Sequence record: SRR22947725_618
DNA length: 33,875 nt
Direction: 5' to 3' (one strand)
Shown: positions 25,234 through 33,875 of the stretch, in pieces
How the letters are laid out: every line of letters starts with the position of its first letter
How positions within the stretch are numbered: the first letter of the stretch is position 1
Program-made: the position numbers and the translations under genes
Notes under the pieces: model-generated
The model's input: only the letters and a program-made list of their open reading frames with translations
Databases searched by the model: none
What the model was told of the DNA's origin: nothing

Positions 25234-26085
25234 ATGCTAAAAATTGCCGTTCCCAACAAAGGCAGTCTTTCTGAAGGCGCTATGGAACTCATCCGCAAAG
25301 CGGGCTATAAATGTCGTCGTTCATCCAAAGAATTGTTTTGTGCTGACAGTACCAACAACGTTGAATTCTATTTCCTAAGACCAACTGATATACCTACCTA
25401 TGTCCATTCAGGTATCTTCCATTTTGGCATCACCGGTCGCGACATCTCTCAAGACGGTACGTTCAATCTCCACGAAAGCATGGCTCTGGGATTCGGCAAA
25501 GCGAGAATGATGTATATCTCACAAGGCAATCATGATTTCAAAGGCATGCAGGACTTCGAAGGTAAAACAATTGCTTGTTCATATCCTGAACTCATCAGCA
25601 ACCACCTAAAAGAAAACAATGTCTCGGCCAACATTATCGAACTCGACGGAGCCGTTGAGATTTCCTTACACCTTGGCATTGCTGATTTTGCCGCTGACGT
25701 CGTCGAAACCGGAACCACAATAAAACTTGCAGGTCTGAAAACAATTGGCGAACCGATTCTACACTCTGAAGCCATCCTTGTTTCTAAAAACAGCTCTATT
25801 ACTGACAAAGAAGAAGCTGCTATTTTCCACAAAAGGCTCACCGGTATCATTCTTGCACGACAGTACACAATGCTAGAGTACGACATACCTACTGAAAAGC
25901 TCGAACAAGCCTGCGCTATTTGCCCAGGACTCGAATCTCCTACTGTCTCGCCTTTGCGAGAAGCCAACTGGAATGCAGTCAAAGTCATGGTCAAATCTAA
26001 AGAAGTAAACTCCATCATGGATCAGCTTTCTTCACTTGGCGCCAAAGCGATTATCGTTACCGAAATCAAAAACTGTAGAATTTAA
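25234..26085 (+). CDS. hisG: ATP phosphoribosyltransferase, long form
   Basis: KIAVPNKGSL, LRPTDIPTYV, GITGRD, LDGAVEIS, DVVETGTT, PGLESPTVSPL C-terminal regulatory domain. Confidence 0.97.
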   Translation: MLKIAVPNKGSLSEGAMELIRKAGYKCRRSSKELFCADSTNNVEFYFLRPTDIPTYVHSGIFHFGITGRDISQDGTFNLHESMALGFGKARMMYISQGNHDFKGMQDFEGKTIACSYPELISNHLKENNVSANIIELDGAVEISLHLGIADFAADVVETGTTIKLAGLKTIGEPILHSEAILVSKNSSITDKEEAAIFHKRLTGIILARQYTMLEYDIPTEKLEQACAICPGLESPTVSPLREANWNAVKVMVKSKEVNSIMDQLSSLGAKAIIVTEIKNCRI

Positions 26086-26099
26086 GATTTTTATAATAT

Positions 26100-28631
26100 A
26101 TGGCTGATTCCGGGCAAAAACTAACGCCAATGATGAGGCAGTACCTTGAAGTAAAAGAAGGACTGCCCGACGAAACTATTCTTTTATTTAGAATGGGAGA
26201 CTTCTATGAGCTCTTCTTTGAAGATGCTTCACAAGGTGCCAGTATCATGGGTATTACACTCACTAAAAGAGCCGGAATACCCATGGCCGGCATTCCTTAT
26301 CATGCCCTGGGAAACTACCTGCCTAAAATACTGCAAGCTGGCATAAAAGTAGCCATCGCTGAACAAATGGAAGACCCTAAACAAGCCAAAGGGATAGTTC
26401 GCCGAGAAGTCACCAAAATTATAACACCTGGTACCATCGTAGAAGATAACATCCTCTCTGAGAAAAAGAGTAATTTTATCCTTGCAGTCAGTAAAGGGAA
26501 AAAGAACATCGGCATTTCTTGTCTTGATCTTAGTACTGGCGACTTTCGACTCACTCAACTTAAGACTATCCGCGAACTCGAAATCGAAATTCACCGTCTT
26601 TCGCCATCAGAGTGCCTTATTTCCGAAAGTTACCTCAATGAGCTCAATCAAGACGACTTTGACCTCCCTCTTCACATGACCATATCAAAAATGGATGACT
26701 GGCAATACGACCTTGAGTATTGCGAATCTACACTTCTACGTCATTTCCAAGTCTCGTCACTCGATGGTTTTGGCTGTCGTGGCATGAAAGAAGCCATTAC
26801 TGCCAGCGGTGTTATTTTCCACTATATCCAAAGTGTAATGAAGCGAAAAACAGACCACATCACCTTCTTGTCTGTCTATCAACTCAATGACTGCATGACT
26901 CTTGACCGTATATCACAAAGGAATCTTGAAGTTGTTGAGCCAATCTTTAAAGACTCCAAAGGATCAACACTACTTTCTGTCCTAGACGACTGCGTAACAC
27001 CCATGGGAAGCCGCCTTCTCAGAGAATGGTTATTGAGGCCCCTTATCAATAAGAAAGCTATTGAATCTAGACTGGATGCTGTAGAAACATTCGTCAACGA
27101 CCAAATTACCACTCTTGAGCTTAGAGAAGCTCTGCAAAATGTCAAAGATATCGAAAGAATCGTTACTCGCCTCAACCAAGGCTCTGCCAACGCTCGCGAA
27201 GTCCTTACTTTAAATAGAGCCTTAGAGGCAATTCCCGGTATACTCAACATCCTTCACTATGTAGATAGCAGCTTAATTCGCGACCTTAAAGTTACCATTC
27301 ACGACTTCAGCCAAATCAATAGCATTATTCAAGAAGCTATCCACGAAGAGCCGCCACTTACAATTAAAGATGGAGGGATTATCAGAGATGGATATAATGA
27401 AGACCTCGATAAACTCCGCAAAGGTAGCTCTGAAGGCAAAGACTGGCTCATTAAATTTGAAGCAGATGAAAAACTCAGAACTGGCATAAAAACCCTTAAA
27501 GTCCGCTTCAACAAGGTCTTTGGCTACTATATAGAAGTCAGCAAAGGGCAAATTCAGCACATTCCTGAAAACTACATACGCAAACAAACTCTAGTGAATG
27601 CTGAGCGCTTCATCACTCCAGAACTCAAAGAAATTGAAAATTCAGTCCTTGGCTCTGAAGATAAATCCAAAGCTCTAGAATATGAAATCTTCCAAGGGAT
27701 TCGCGAAAAGATCATCACTGAGACACTCAAAATTCAAGAAAGCGCCAAAGCTCTCGCTGCCATAGATACGCTCTGTAATATGGCCTCTATAGCTATTAAC
27801 AAAAACTACAAACGCCCAACTCTTAACACTAAGAATATTATTGATATCCAAGATGGACGCCATCCTGTAATCGATAACTTGCTAGGAAGCGACTCCTTTA
27901 TCCCCAATGACTCCCTAATGACGCCTGGCAAAAGTCATATGCATATTATCACCGGCCCGAACATGGCTGGTAAATCTACCTACATTCGCCAAGTAGCTCT
28001 ACTGACACTCATGGCTCAAGCTGGATGTTTTATCCCTTGTGAAAATGCCAATATTGGTATCATGCAAGCCATCTTCACTAGGATTGGTGCAGCTGACGAT
28101 CTCAGCCGAGGCCAAAGTACCTTTATGGTAGAAATGACAGAAACTGCCAATATTCTCAATAATGCGACAGAGAACAGCCTCGTCATACTCGATGAAATTG
28201 GCCGCGGCACAAGTACTTTTGATGGACTTAGTCTCGCTTGGGCTATAGCTGAATTCCTACACAATAAAAAATCTCTTACGCTTTTTGCGACCCACTACCA
28301 TGAGCTTACCGAGCTCTCCTTAACCCAAAAAGGTATTGCTAATTATAATGTTGCCGTCAAGGAATGGAATGATAAAATCATCTTCCTTCACAAGATCTTA
28401 CCTGGAGGAACGGACAAAAGCTATGGTATATATGTTGCTAGACTTGCAGGTCTCCCTCAAACTGTTATTGAAAGATCAAAAGAAGTCTTAAATAACCTCG
28501 AGGGGTCCGCCGTCTCCAATACTGGACAGCCAAGCATTGCAAAAAAGAACAGTTCTCGTAAGAGAAAAAATGAAGTAAATGAACAACAACCAAGCCTCTT
28601 CGATTGGCAAAAAACTGATGAGGGAGTATAA
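26100..28631 (+). CDS. mutS: DNA mismatch repair protein MutS
   Basis: TPMMRQY, FRMGDFYELF, GRHPVI, TGPNMAGKSTY, STFMVEM, DEIGRGT, FATHYHEL, SYGIYVA; clamp-binding-like QPSLF near the C-terminus. Confidence 0.98.
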   Translation: MADSGQKLTPMMRQYLEVKEGLPDETILLFRMGDFYELFFEDASQGASIMGITLTKRAGIPMAGIPYHALGNYLPKILQAGIKVAIAEQMEDPKQAKGIVRREVTKIITPGTIVEDNILSEKKSNFILAVSKGKKNIGISCLDLSTGDFRLTQLKTIRELEIEIHRLSPSECLISESYLNELNQDDFDLPLHMTISKMDDWQYDLEYCESTLLRHFQVSSLDGFGCRGMKEAITASGVIFHYIQSVMKRKTDHITFLSVYQLNDCMTLDRISQRNLEVVEPIFKDSKGSTLLSVLDDCVTPMGSRLLREWLLRPLINKKAIESRLDAVETFVNDQITTLELREALQNVKDIERIVTRLNQGSANAREVLTLNRALEAIPGILNILHYVDSSLIRDLKVTIHDFSQINSIIQEAIHEEPPLTIKDGGIIRDGYNEDLDKLRKGSSEGKDWLIKFEADEKLRTGIKTLKVRFNKVFGYYIEVSKGQIQHIPENYIRKQTLVNAERFITPELKEIENSVLGSEDKSKALEYEIFQGIREKIITETLKIQESAKALAAIDTLCNMASIAINKNYKRPTLNTKNIIDIQDGRHPVIDNLLGSDSFIPNDSLMTPGKSHMHIITGPNMAGKSTYIRQVALLTLMAQAGCFIPCENANIGIMQAIFTRIGAADDLSRGQSTFMVEMTETANILNNATENSLVILDEIGRGTSTFDGLSLAWAIAEFLHNKKSLTLFATHYHELTELSLTQKGIANYNVAVKEWNDKIIFLHKILPGGTDKSYGIYVARLAGLPQTVIERSKEVLNNLEGSAVSNTGQPSIAKKNSSRKRKNEVNEQQPSLFDWQKTDEGV

Positions 28632-28657
28632 GAAATGATGAAATTGACAAAAATAGT

Positions 28658-30826
28658 ATGCTTAAATCATGGAGCCAAATAGTGCAATTTAAAAGTCTCA
28701 TATGTGCAGCCATCATATTTGCCGCCAACACTCTTTCTGCTCAAGATGTTGTTATCTTTTCAGAATATTCTGAAGCCGCAGTCAAAGGCCTGGACAAATT
28801 ATCTACTGAACTTGAAGAAAGCCACTACCTAAAAGCTTTCAAATTAGAAGCCTTCAAGGTCCTAAATGAGTCCTATACAAAATACGCTGACACTTCATTT
28901 GAAGTTGATCCAAAGCTAGCGGAACCTTGTAAAGCTATTGCAGAAAAACACCTCAAAGTATTTAAAAAGAAAATCCTTTCGCTTCCTAAAGAGGAAAGAA
29001 AAGAAAAGATCGATGCCATTAAAACCGAAATTTTTAAGGCTATTAAAGAAGAAGTTAATCAAGTCAAAGCCGAAGCTCTCAAGCCAATCACAACTGCGAT
29101 CAACGAACTCACAAATGAAAAAAATACTAATAAAGCTATTTTTGACAAATTAACGACCACCGAAGCTCTGGCAGACAAAGCGACCATAACACTCCTCCTA
29201 AAAAATTGGAAAGAAGCAAGTGAGCAAGCGATTTTAACGACTAAAGGCGATTTCATTAAAGAAATCAAAGAAAACGCTCATGAGACTACTACCCTAGCTG
29301 CTGAAAAAAAGTACCCATTCCCACCTCAAGGTCAATCTGAAAAAGAAGCTCTAGAGAAATATAGACTTTATAAAGTTGGTGATAAGGTCAGCATAAAGTT
29401 TGCGCCCACTCCCAATAGAGTCCAGACTGCATCTGGTGCCATTCGTGCGATTGGCGACTCAAAAATTAAAATCGGCTTCAGCAGTGTCAACATCAAGGAT
29501 ATACTCGATCCTATCATAAGAGATGGTATGTCAAAAGCAAAAACTCTCAAAAATAGAGAAGAGTATGCTAAAAAAATCATCACAGTCATTAAGAAAAGAC
29601 GCCTCAACTACTACGATGATAACCTCCAAAAGAATGCCGACTTACTCATCAACCAAAATGAACAAAAAGGCTATATACTCTCTATAGGAAAGTGGACACC
29701 AATTGCAAAGGTGGCAGATTCATTCTTTAATCGCAATCTCAAAAAATGGCGCCAAGCTAATCTCAATAAACTTGAAAACGCCTCTTTACAAAACTCTAAG
29801 CTCATAGAAGAAATTCGTTCCAACACCAGTAGCTACCGTAAGCTCTTCAGTAAAGTCATCGAAGAAGCTGATGCTAAACTGATATCTGATTCTGAACAAC
29901 TCACTAGTGAAGCTGGTCTTGAAGAAGAACAAGAATTCACAGAAGAAGACCTAGAAGAAATTGAGCGCAAAGAAGCCGAAGAAAAGGCGAAATTAAAAGC
30001 TGAGAAAGATAAGGCTAATCTCGACGCCCTCAAAAGAAAACAAGCTGCTAAAAGAAAGCAAGAGGCCATTGCCGCTCAGAATGCCGCAAGTAAAGAAAAT
30101 AACTCAATGACTCTCATCATTGTCTTCTTACTCATTATCGGAGTCGTTGCATTTGTTGCGTTCAATCCAAAAATACGCAACAAAATCTTCAGCGGCGGCA
30201 AAAAGAAATCAATGCATGACATCGTCAGTAACCTTCAAGCCCCTGATGGAAGTGCACCAGCTCCGGCTGCAGCGCCTCCTGTACCTGGAGCACCAGGGGG
30301 TCCTGGCCCAAATGGCTCTATGGCTCCTACCCCATCGCCCCCAACTCATGCAGCTCCAACCGAGAAAACTCAAATTGAGCTTGATGATGGATTAAGCATA
30401 GAGCGAGGTGAAGATGAAGCTCCTGAAGCACCTCAAGCTGCACCACGCAAGAAAATTTCTCTGAATCTTGGTAGTTCAACGACTACCAGTTTAGATAAAG
30501 ATGGACTCGACAGTTCGAAACCGGAAGGTCTTAAACCGGTCCCTCCTGCTGGCGGGCTCACACCACCGGGGGGTGGACTTACCCCTCCGGGAGGCGGACT
30601 AACTCCTCCAGGGGGTGGATTAACCCCTCCAGGAGGCGGACTAACTCCTCCAGGAGGTGGATTAAAACCACCAGGTGGCGGACTAACCCCTCCAGGGGCT
30701 AAGTCACCGCTACCGGGTAGTGAATCTAATGACGAAGACAGTTCGTCAGAAAATTCAGATAAGTCTAACTTAATTATCAACCCAAACCTTAACGGAAGTG
30801 GTGATAAGCTTAGACTTAAAAAATAG
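28658..30826 (+). CDS. Hypothetical single-pass membrane protein with signal peptide and Pro/Gly-rich C-terminal tail
   Basis: 722 aa; signal-like N-terminus (..ANTLSA/QD), helical K/E-rich domain, TM MTLIIVFLLIIGVVAFVAF followed by basic residues, disordered tail. Confidence 0.8.
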   Translation: MLKSWSQIVQFKSLICAAIIFAANTLSAQDVVIFSEYSEAAVKGLDKLSTELEESHYLKAFKLEAFKVLNESYTKYADTSFEVDPKLAEPCKAIAEKHLKVFKKKILSLPKEERKEKIDAIKTEIFKAIKEEVNQVKAEALKPITTAINELTNEKNTNKAIFDKLTTTEALADKATITLLLKNWKEASEQAILTTKGDFIKEIKENAHETTTLAAEKKYPFPPQGQSEKEALEKYRLYKVGDKVSIKFAPTPNRVQTASGAIRAIGDSKIKIGFSSVNIKDILDPIIRDGMSKAKTLKNREEYAKKIITVIKKRRLNYYDDNLQKNADLLINQNEQKGYILSIGKWTPIAKVADSFFNRNLKKWRQANLNKLENASLQNSKLIEEIRSNTSSYRKLFSKVIEEADAKLISDSEQLTSEAGLEEEQEFTEEDLEEIERKEAEEKAKLKAEKDKANLDALKRKQAAKRKQEAIAAQNAASKENNSMTLIIVFLLIIGVVAFVAFNPKIRNKIFSGGKKKSMHDIVSNLQAPDGSAPAPAAAPPVPGAPGGPGPNGSMAPTPSPPTHAAPTEKTQIELDDGLSIERGEDEAPEAPQAAPRKKISLNLGSSTTTSLDKDGLDSSKPEGLKPVPPAGGLTPPGGGLTPPGGGLTPPGGGLTPPGGGLTPPGGGLKPPGGGLTPPGAKSPLPGSESNDEDSSSENSDKSNLIINPNLNGSGDKLRLKK
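30551..30697 (+). repeat. Coding tandem repeat, 7 x 21 bp, (GGL[T/K]PPG)7
   Basis: Seven consecutive units read directly, e.g. ggcggactaactcctccaggg and ggtggattaacccctccagga. Confidence 0.95.
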
Positions 30827-30832
30827 ACGTTG

Positions 30833-30862
30833 GCCTCTGTAGATTATACAGGGGCTTAATTG
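30833..30862 (+). terminator. Possible terminator hairpin after the 722-aa gene
   Basis: GCCTCTGTA-GATTA-TACAGGGGC (9-bp stem with one G-U pair) followed by a weak T tract TTAATTG. Confidence 0.45.
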
Positions 30863-30903
30863 TGTAGAAGTCCAATTATAATTGAGCCATTTGGAGATTC
30901 TCA

Positions 30904-32064
30904 ATGCTCATACATGAATACCAGGCACGGGACTTATTTGCCCAGTACGGCATCCCTGTTACAGAAAGAAAAGTTTTCGAGTCAATCGAAGGTGTTAAAG
31001 AGTACGCCACTGAACTCGGACAATGCGTTGTTAAAGCTCAAGTCCACGCTGGTGGCCGCGGTAAAGGTGGCGGTGTTAAATTCGCTCCTACTCCGGAAAA
31101 AGCTGTTGAACACGCGAACAACATCCTTGGAATGGATCTTGTTACTCACCAGACTGGCCCTGAAGGCTGTCACGTAAGTACAATCATCTTAGTTCCTGGT
31201 CTAGACATTGCTAAAGAATACTATCTAGCAATCACTATTGATCGTGCAACTCAATGCCCATACATCATCGCTTCTACTGAAGGTGGCATGGACATCGAAG
31301 AAGTCGCCGAAAGCACTCCTGAAAAGATTGCTAAGATCAAAGTTGACCCTTCTGCAGGATGCTGGCCTTACATCGGTCGTAAAGTTGCTGAAGCTCTTGA
31401 GCTTAAAGGTAAAAATGCCCGCATTGTTGCCGGCGTTGCTCAAAACCTTTACAAAATGTTCATCGAAAAAGACTGTTCTATCGTTGAGGTTAACCCTCTC
31501 GTAGTTACTGAGGAAGATGAAGTTTATGCTATCGACGGCAAAGTCAACTTTGACTCAAACGCTCTTTATCGCCAAAAAGACATCGTTGCTCTTCGCGACG
31601 AAAAAGAAGAAGAACCTTTAGAAGTAGAAGCTTCAAAGCACGACCTAGCTTACATTAAGCTAGACGGTAACGTTGCCTGTATGGTTAACGGTGCTGGTCT
31701 TGCAATGGCGACTATGGACATGATCCAGATTTCTGGTGGCTCTCCTGCTAACTTCCTTGATGTCGGCGGCACAGCAACTCCAGCTCGTGTTGAAGAAGCT
31801 TTCCGTATTCTTCTTAAAGACCCAAAGGTTGAAGGTATCTTAATCAACGTATTCGGCGGTATTGTCCGTTGTGACCTCGTTGCTGAAGGCGTTATTACTG
31901 CTGTAAAAAACATCGGTGACATTGATCTTCCAATCGTTATTCGCCTCAGCGGTACTAACTCTACAGAAGGCAAAGCTCTTCTTGCTGAGTCTGATCTCAC
32001 ATTCGAGACAGCTGATTCACTCAACGAAGCTGCAGCAAAAATTGTTGCTGCTGTAAAAAAATAA
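30904..32064 (+). CDS. sucC: Succinyl-CoA synthetase beta subunit
   Basis: [67 protein letters not shown]. Confidence 0.98.
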   Translation: MLIHEYQARDLFAQYGIPVTERKVFESIEGVKEYATELGQCVVKAQVHAGGRGKGGGVKFAPTPEKAVEHANNILGMDLVTHQTGPEGCHVSTIILVPGLDIAKEYYLAITIDRATQCPYIIASTEGGMDIEEVAESTPEKIAKIKVDPSAGCWPYIGRKVAEALELKGKNARIVAGVAQNLYKMFIEKDCSIVEVNPLVVTEEDEVYAIDGKVNFDSNALYRQKDIVALRDEKEEEPLEVEASKHDLAYIKLDGNVACMVNGAGLAMATMDMIQISGGSPANFLDVGGTATPARVEEAFRILLKDPKVEGILINVFGGIVRCDLVAEGVITAVKNIGDIDLPIVIRLSGTNSTEGKALLAESDLTFETADSLNEAAAKIVAAVKK

Positions 32065-32080
32065 TCGCGGATATTTAAAA

Positions 32081-32953
32081 ATGGCTATTTTAGTTACAGA
32101 AAAAACTCGCGTCGTTGTTCAGGGTATCACTGGATCACAAGGTGCGTTCCACACTGGTCTTATGAAAGAATACTCTAGTGACTTTGTTGTTGCTGGCGTC
32201 ACTCCTGGGAAAGGCGGTCAAGATCTTGACGGTACTCCAGTTTACGATAGTGTTGCTGAAGCTGTGAAAGAACAGCAAGTAAACACTTCTGTTATTTTCG
32301 TACCACCACCGTTTGCTGCTGATGCAATTCTAGAAGCTGTCGACGCTGGCTTAGACCTTGTTATTTGTATCACGGAAGGTATTCCTGTTCTTGATATGAT
32401 GAAAGTTAAACACGCTATGAAAAACAGTAAGACTCGCCTCATTGGTCCTAACTGTCCTGGCGTCATTACTCCTGGAATTGGTAAAATCGGTATCATGCCG
32501 GCAAATATCCACTCCACTGGTAAAATCGGTATCATCTCACGCTCTGGTACTCTTACCTATGAAGCTGTTGACCAAATCACTAAAGCTGGTCTTGGACAAA
32601 CAACTTGTGTTGGTATCGGTGGTGATCCAATCAATGGTACTCAGCACCTTGACGTTGTCAAAATGTTTGCTGAAGACCCAGCTACTGAAGGTATCGTTCT
32701 TATTGGCGAAATCGGTGGTGATGCTGAAGAGCAAGCTGCTCTTTGGATCAAAGAAAATTACAAAAAGCCTGTCGTCGGTTTTATCGCCGGTTTGACAGCT
32801 CCTCCGGGAAAACGCATGGGCCATGCTGGCGCTATCGTTGGCGGTGGTGATAGAACTGGTCACGAAAAGGTAGCTTACCTTGAAGATTGTGGCATCAAAA
32901 TGGTTCAGTCCCCATCTGATATCGGAGATGCAATGTTGAGTTTCTTTAGTTAA
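32081..32953 (+). CDS. sucD: Succinyl-CoA synthetase alpha subunit
   Basis: [49 protein letters not shown]. Confidence 0.98.
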   Translation: MAILVTEKTRVVVQGITGSQGAFHTGLMKEYSSDFVVAGVTPGKGGQDLDGTPVYDSVAEAVKEQQVNTSVIFVPPPFAADAILEAVDAGLDLVICITEGIPVLDMMKVKHAMKNSKTRLIGPNCPGVITPGIGKIGIMPANIHSTGKIGIISRSGTLTYEAVDQITKAGLGQTTCVGIGGDPINGTQHLDVVKMFAEDPATEGIVLIGEIGGDAEEQAALWIKENYKKPVVGFIAGLTAPPGKRMGHAGAIVGGGDRTGHEKVAYLEDCGIKMVQSPSDIGDAMLSFFS

Positions 32954-32970
32954 GACTCTGACATATCTTT

Positions 32971-33000
32971 AAAAAGGCAGCTTTCGGGCTGCCTTTTTTT
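32971..33000. terminator. Bidirectional intrinsic terminator between sucD and the ECF gene
   Basis: AAAAAGGCAGCT-TTCG-GGCTGCCTTTTTTT. Confidence 0.92.
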
Positions 33001-33011
33001 ATGCGTGCAAA

Positions 33012-33620
33012 TTACATTTCAGAAAGTTCTTTTTCTAACTTCTTTATTTCTTTCTGAATTTTTTCAACAACTCGAAGCTTATAGACATAGACGGTATTTT
33101 TCTGGATCCCTAAGTCCTCGGCAACGGTCTCTAAAGACTGCCCTTTCAGAAGCATCAAATAGGTATTTTTAACCTTATCTGTCAATTCCTTCTCAACCTT
33201 CTTCCAAGCAGCATTCGCTAAGAACAGCTTCCATTCACGCTCGGCAATCGTCTCAATTTCTGGCAGAGATACTTTCTCTATATATTTTTTTAATTGATCC
33301 TTATCGTCACCGGTCGCCTCATTCATCATACGCGACTTCTTCTTGATCAAGTCAATCGCCATATTGCGAATAATGGTACACAAAAAAGCTCGAAAAGTAC
33401 CTCTTTTAGTCGAATACTCAAACTCAGGAAGTTTCTCCCAAAGTTTAAGAAGAACGCGCTGTAAAATATCCTCGGCATCATGATGCTCAAGGTTCATATT
33501 TCTAGCGACGATGTAAATGTAATTTTTATAATAGCCGACAAATTCGCCCCAAGACTTTTCATCCCGTTGGTTTTTGACGCGGAATAAAAGAGTTTCTCGA
33601 GTTTTATAAACCTTTGTCAT
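33012..33620 (-). CDS. ECF sigma factor (sigma-70 group 4)
   Basis: Region 2: SWGEFVGYY..YIY, HDAEDILQ.VLLKLW, FRAFL..I.RN.AID. Region 4: SLETVAEDLGIQKNTVYVYK.R. AAGGA SD. Confidence 0.93.
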   Translation of the reverse strand: MTKVYKTRETLLFRVKNQRDEKSWGEFVGYYKNYIYIVARNMNLEHHDAEDILQRVLLKLWEKLPEFEYSTKRGTFRAFLCTIIRNMAIDLIKKKSRMMNEATGDDKDQLKKYIEKVSLPEIETIAEREWKLFLANAAWKKVEKELTDKVKNTYLMLLKGQSLETVAEDLGIQKNTVYVYKLRVVEKIQKEIKKLEKELSEM

Positions 33621-33630
33621 CGCTATCCTT

Positions 33631-33873
33631 TTACTTCAGAATCTTCAAATATGAACTTTCCGCATCGACTTCAAGCTCTTCTATAGCCACACCAACCGGA
33701 GAATCAACACTACTCGCCTCTTTCGAAAAGAAGCCATTCAGCACTAAATAAACGACACCAAACGAAAGAAAAATCAACGCTATACCAATCAACAACACCT
33801 GCTTCTTAGTCTCATTGGCCAATTTGCGGTATTTCTGAGCATCATGCAAGTAATTTGACACCTGCCTTTGTTG
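33631..33873 (-). CDS. C-terminal part of a membrane protein upstream of the ECF gene (probably truncated by the window)
   Basis: Frame is open to the window edge (QQRQVSNYL...), has one TM segment VLLIGIALIFLSFGVVYLVL, and stops 10 nt before the ECF ATG. Confidence 0.6.
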   Translation of the reverse strand, partial: QQRQVSNYLHDAQKYRKLANETKKQVLLIGIALIFLSFGVVYLVLNGFFSKEASSVDSPVGVAIEELEVDAESSYLKILK

Positions 33874-33875
33874 AA

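Noticed and set aside
30551-30697. CRISPR array or mobile repeat
   Set aside because: Units are contiguous with no spacers, are in frame, and vary mainly at synonymous positions; no cas genes nearby.
25530-32863. Many 60-160 aa antisense or alternate-frame ORFs inside hisG, mutS, the 722-aa gene, sucC and sucD (similar ones lie inside rpsA, tal and purL)
   Set aside because: All are nested within well-supported genes and show no recognisable domains; expected from codon bias.
33440-33500. ECF activated by phosphorylation in region 2.2
   Set aside because: The canonical acidic DAED motif is intact (HHDAEDILQ), so the Ser/Thr-replacement signature is absent.

Overview
Gene-dense, moderately AT-rich bacterial chromosomal window. 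Gene order and protein styles (pth-rpsF-ssb-rpsR-rplI-dnaB-bamA, PurS-PurL fusion, LRR protein ending ...EFWKKY, 'TRETLL...SW.EF' ECF sigma) suggest a PVC-superphylum organism, probably Lentisphaerae; this is inference, no search was run. Most of it is housekeeping: a five-domain S1 protein, tal, metX-metW, purL/purQ, a Fur-family regulator, bamA, dnaB, ribosomal genes, hisG, mutS, sucCD and an ECF sigma factor. The most unusual part is a tightly coupled five-gene + strand unit at 6984-13721. It encodes a membrane coiled-coil protein with four CxxCxGxG motifs, an FbpA-like binding protein with TDTDD where the Tyr-Tyr iron clamp is expected, and a permease without recognisable EAA loops. It also encodes an ABC ATPase fused through an internal lipoprotein-signal-like segment to a six-bladed NHL propeller, and an aldose epimerase. 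No rRNA, tRNA, CRISPR array or mobile element was seen.
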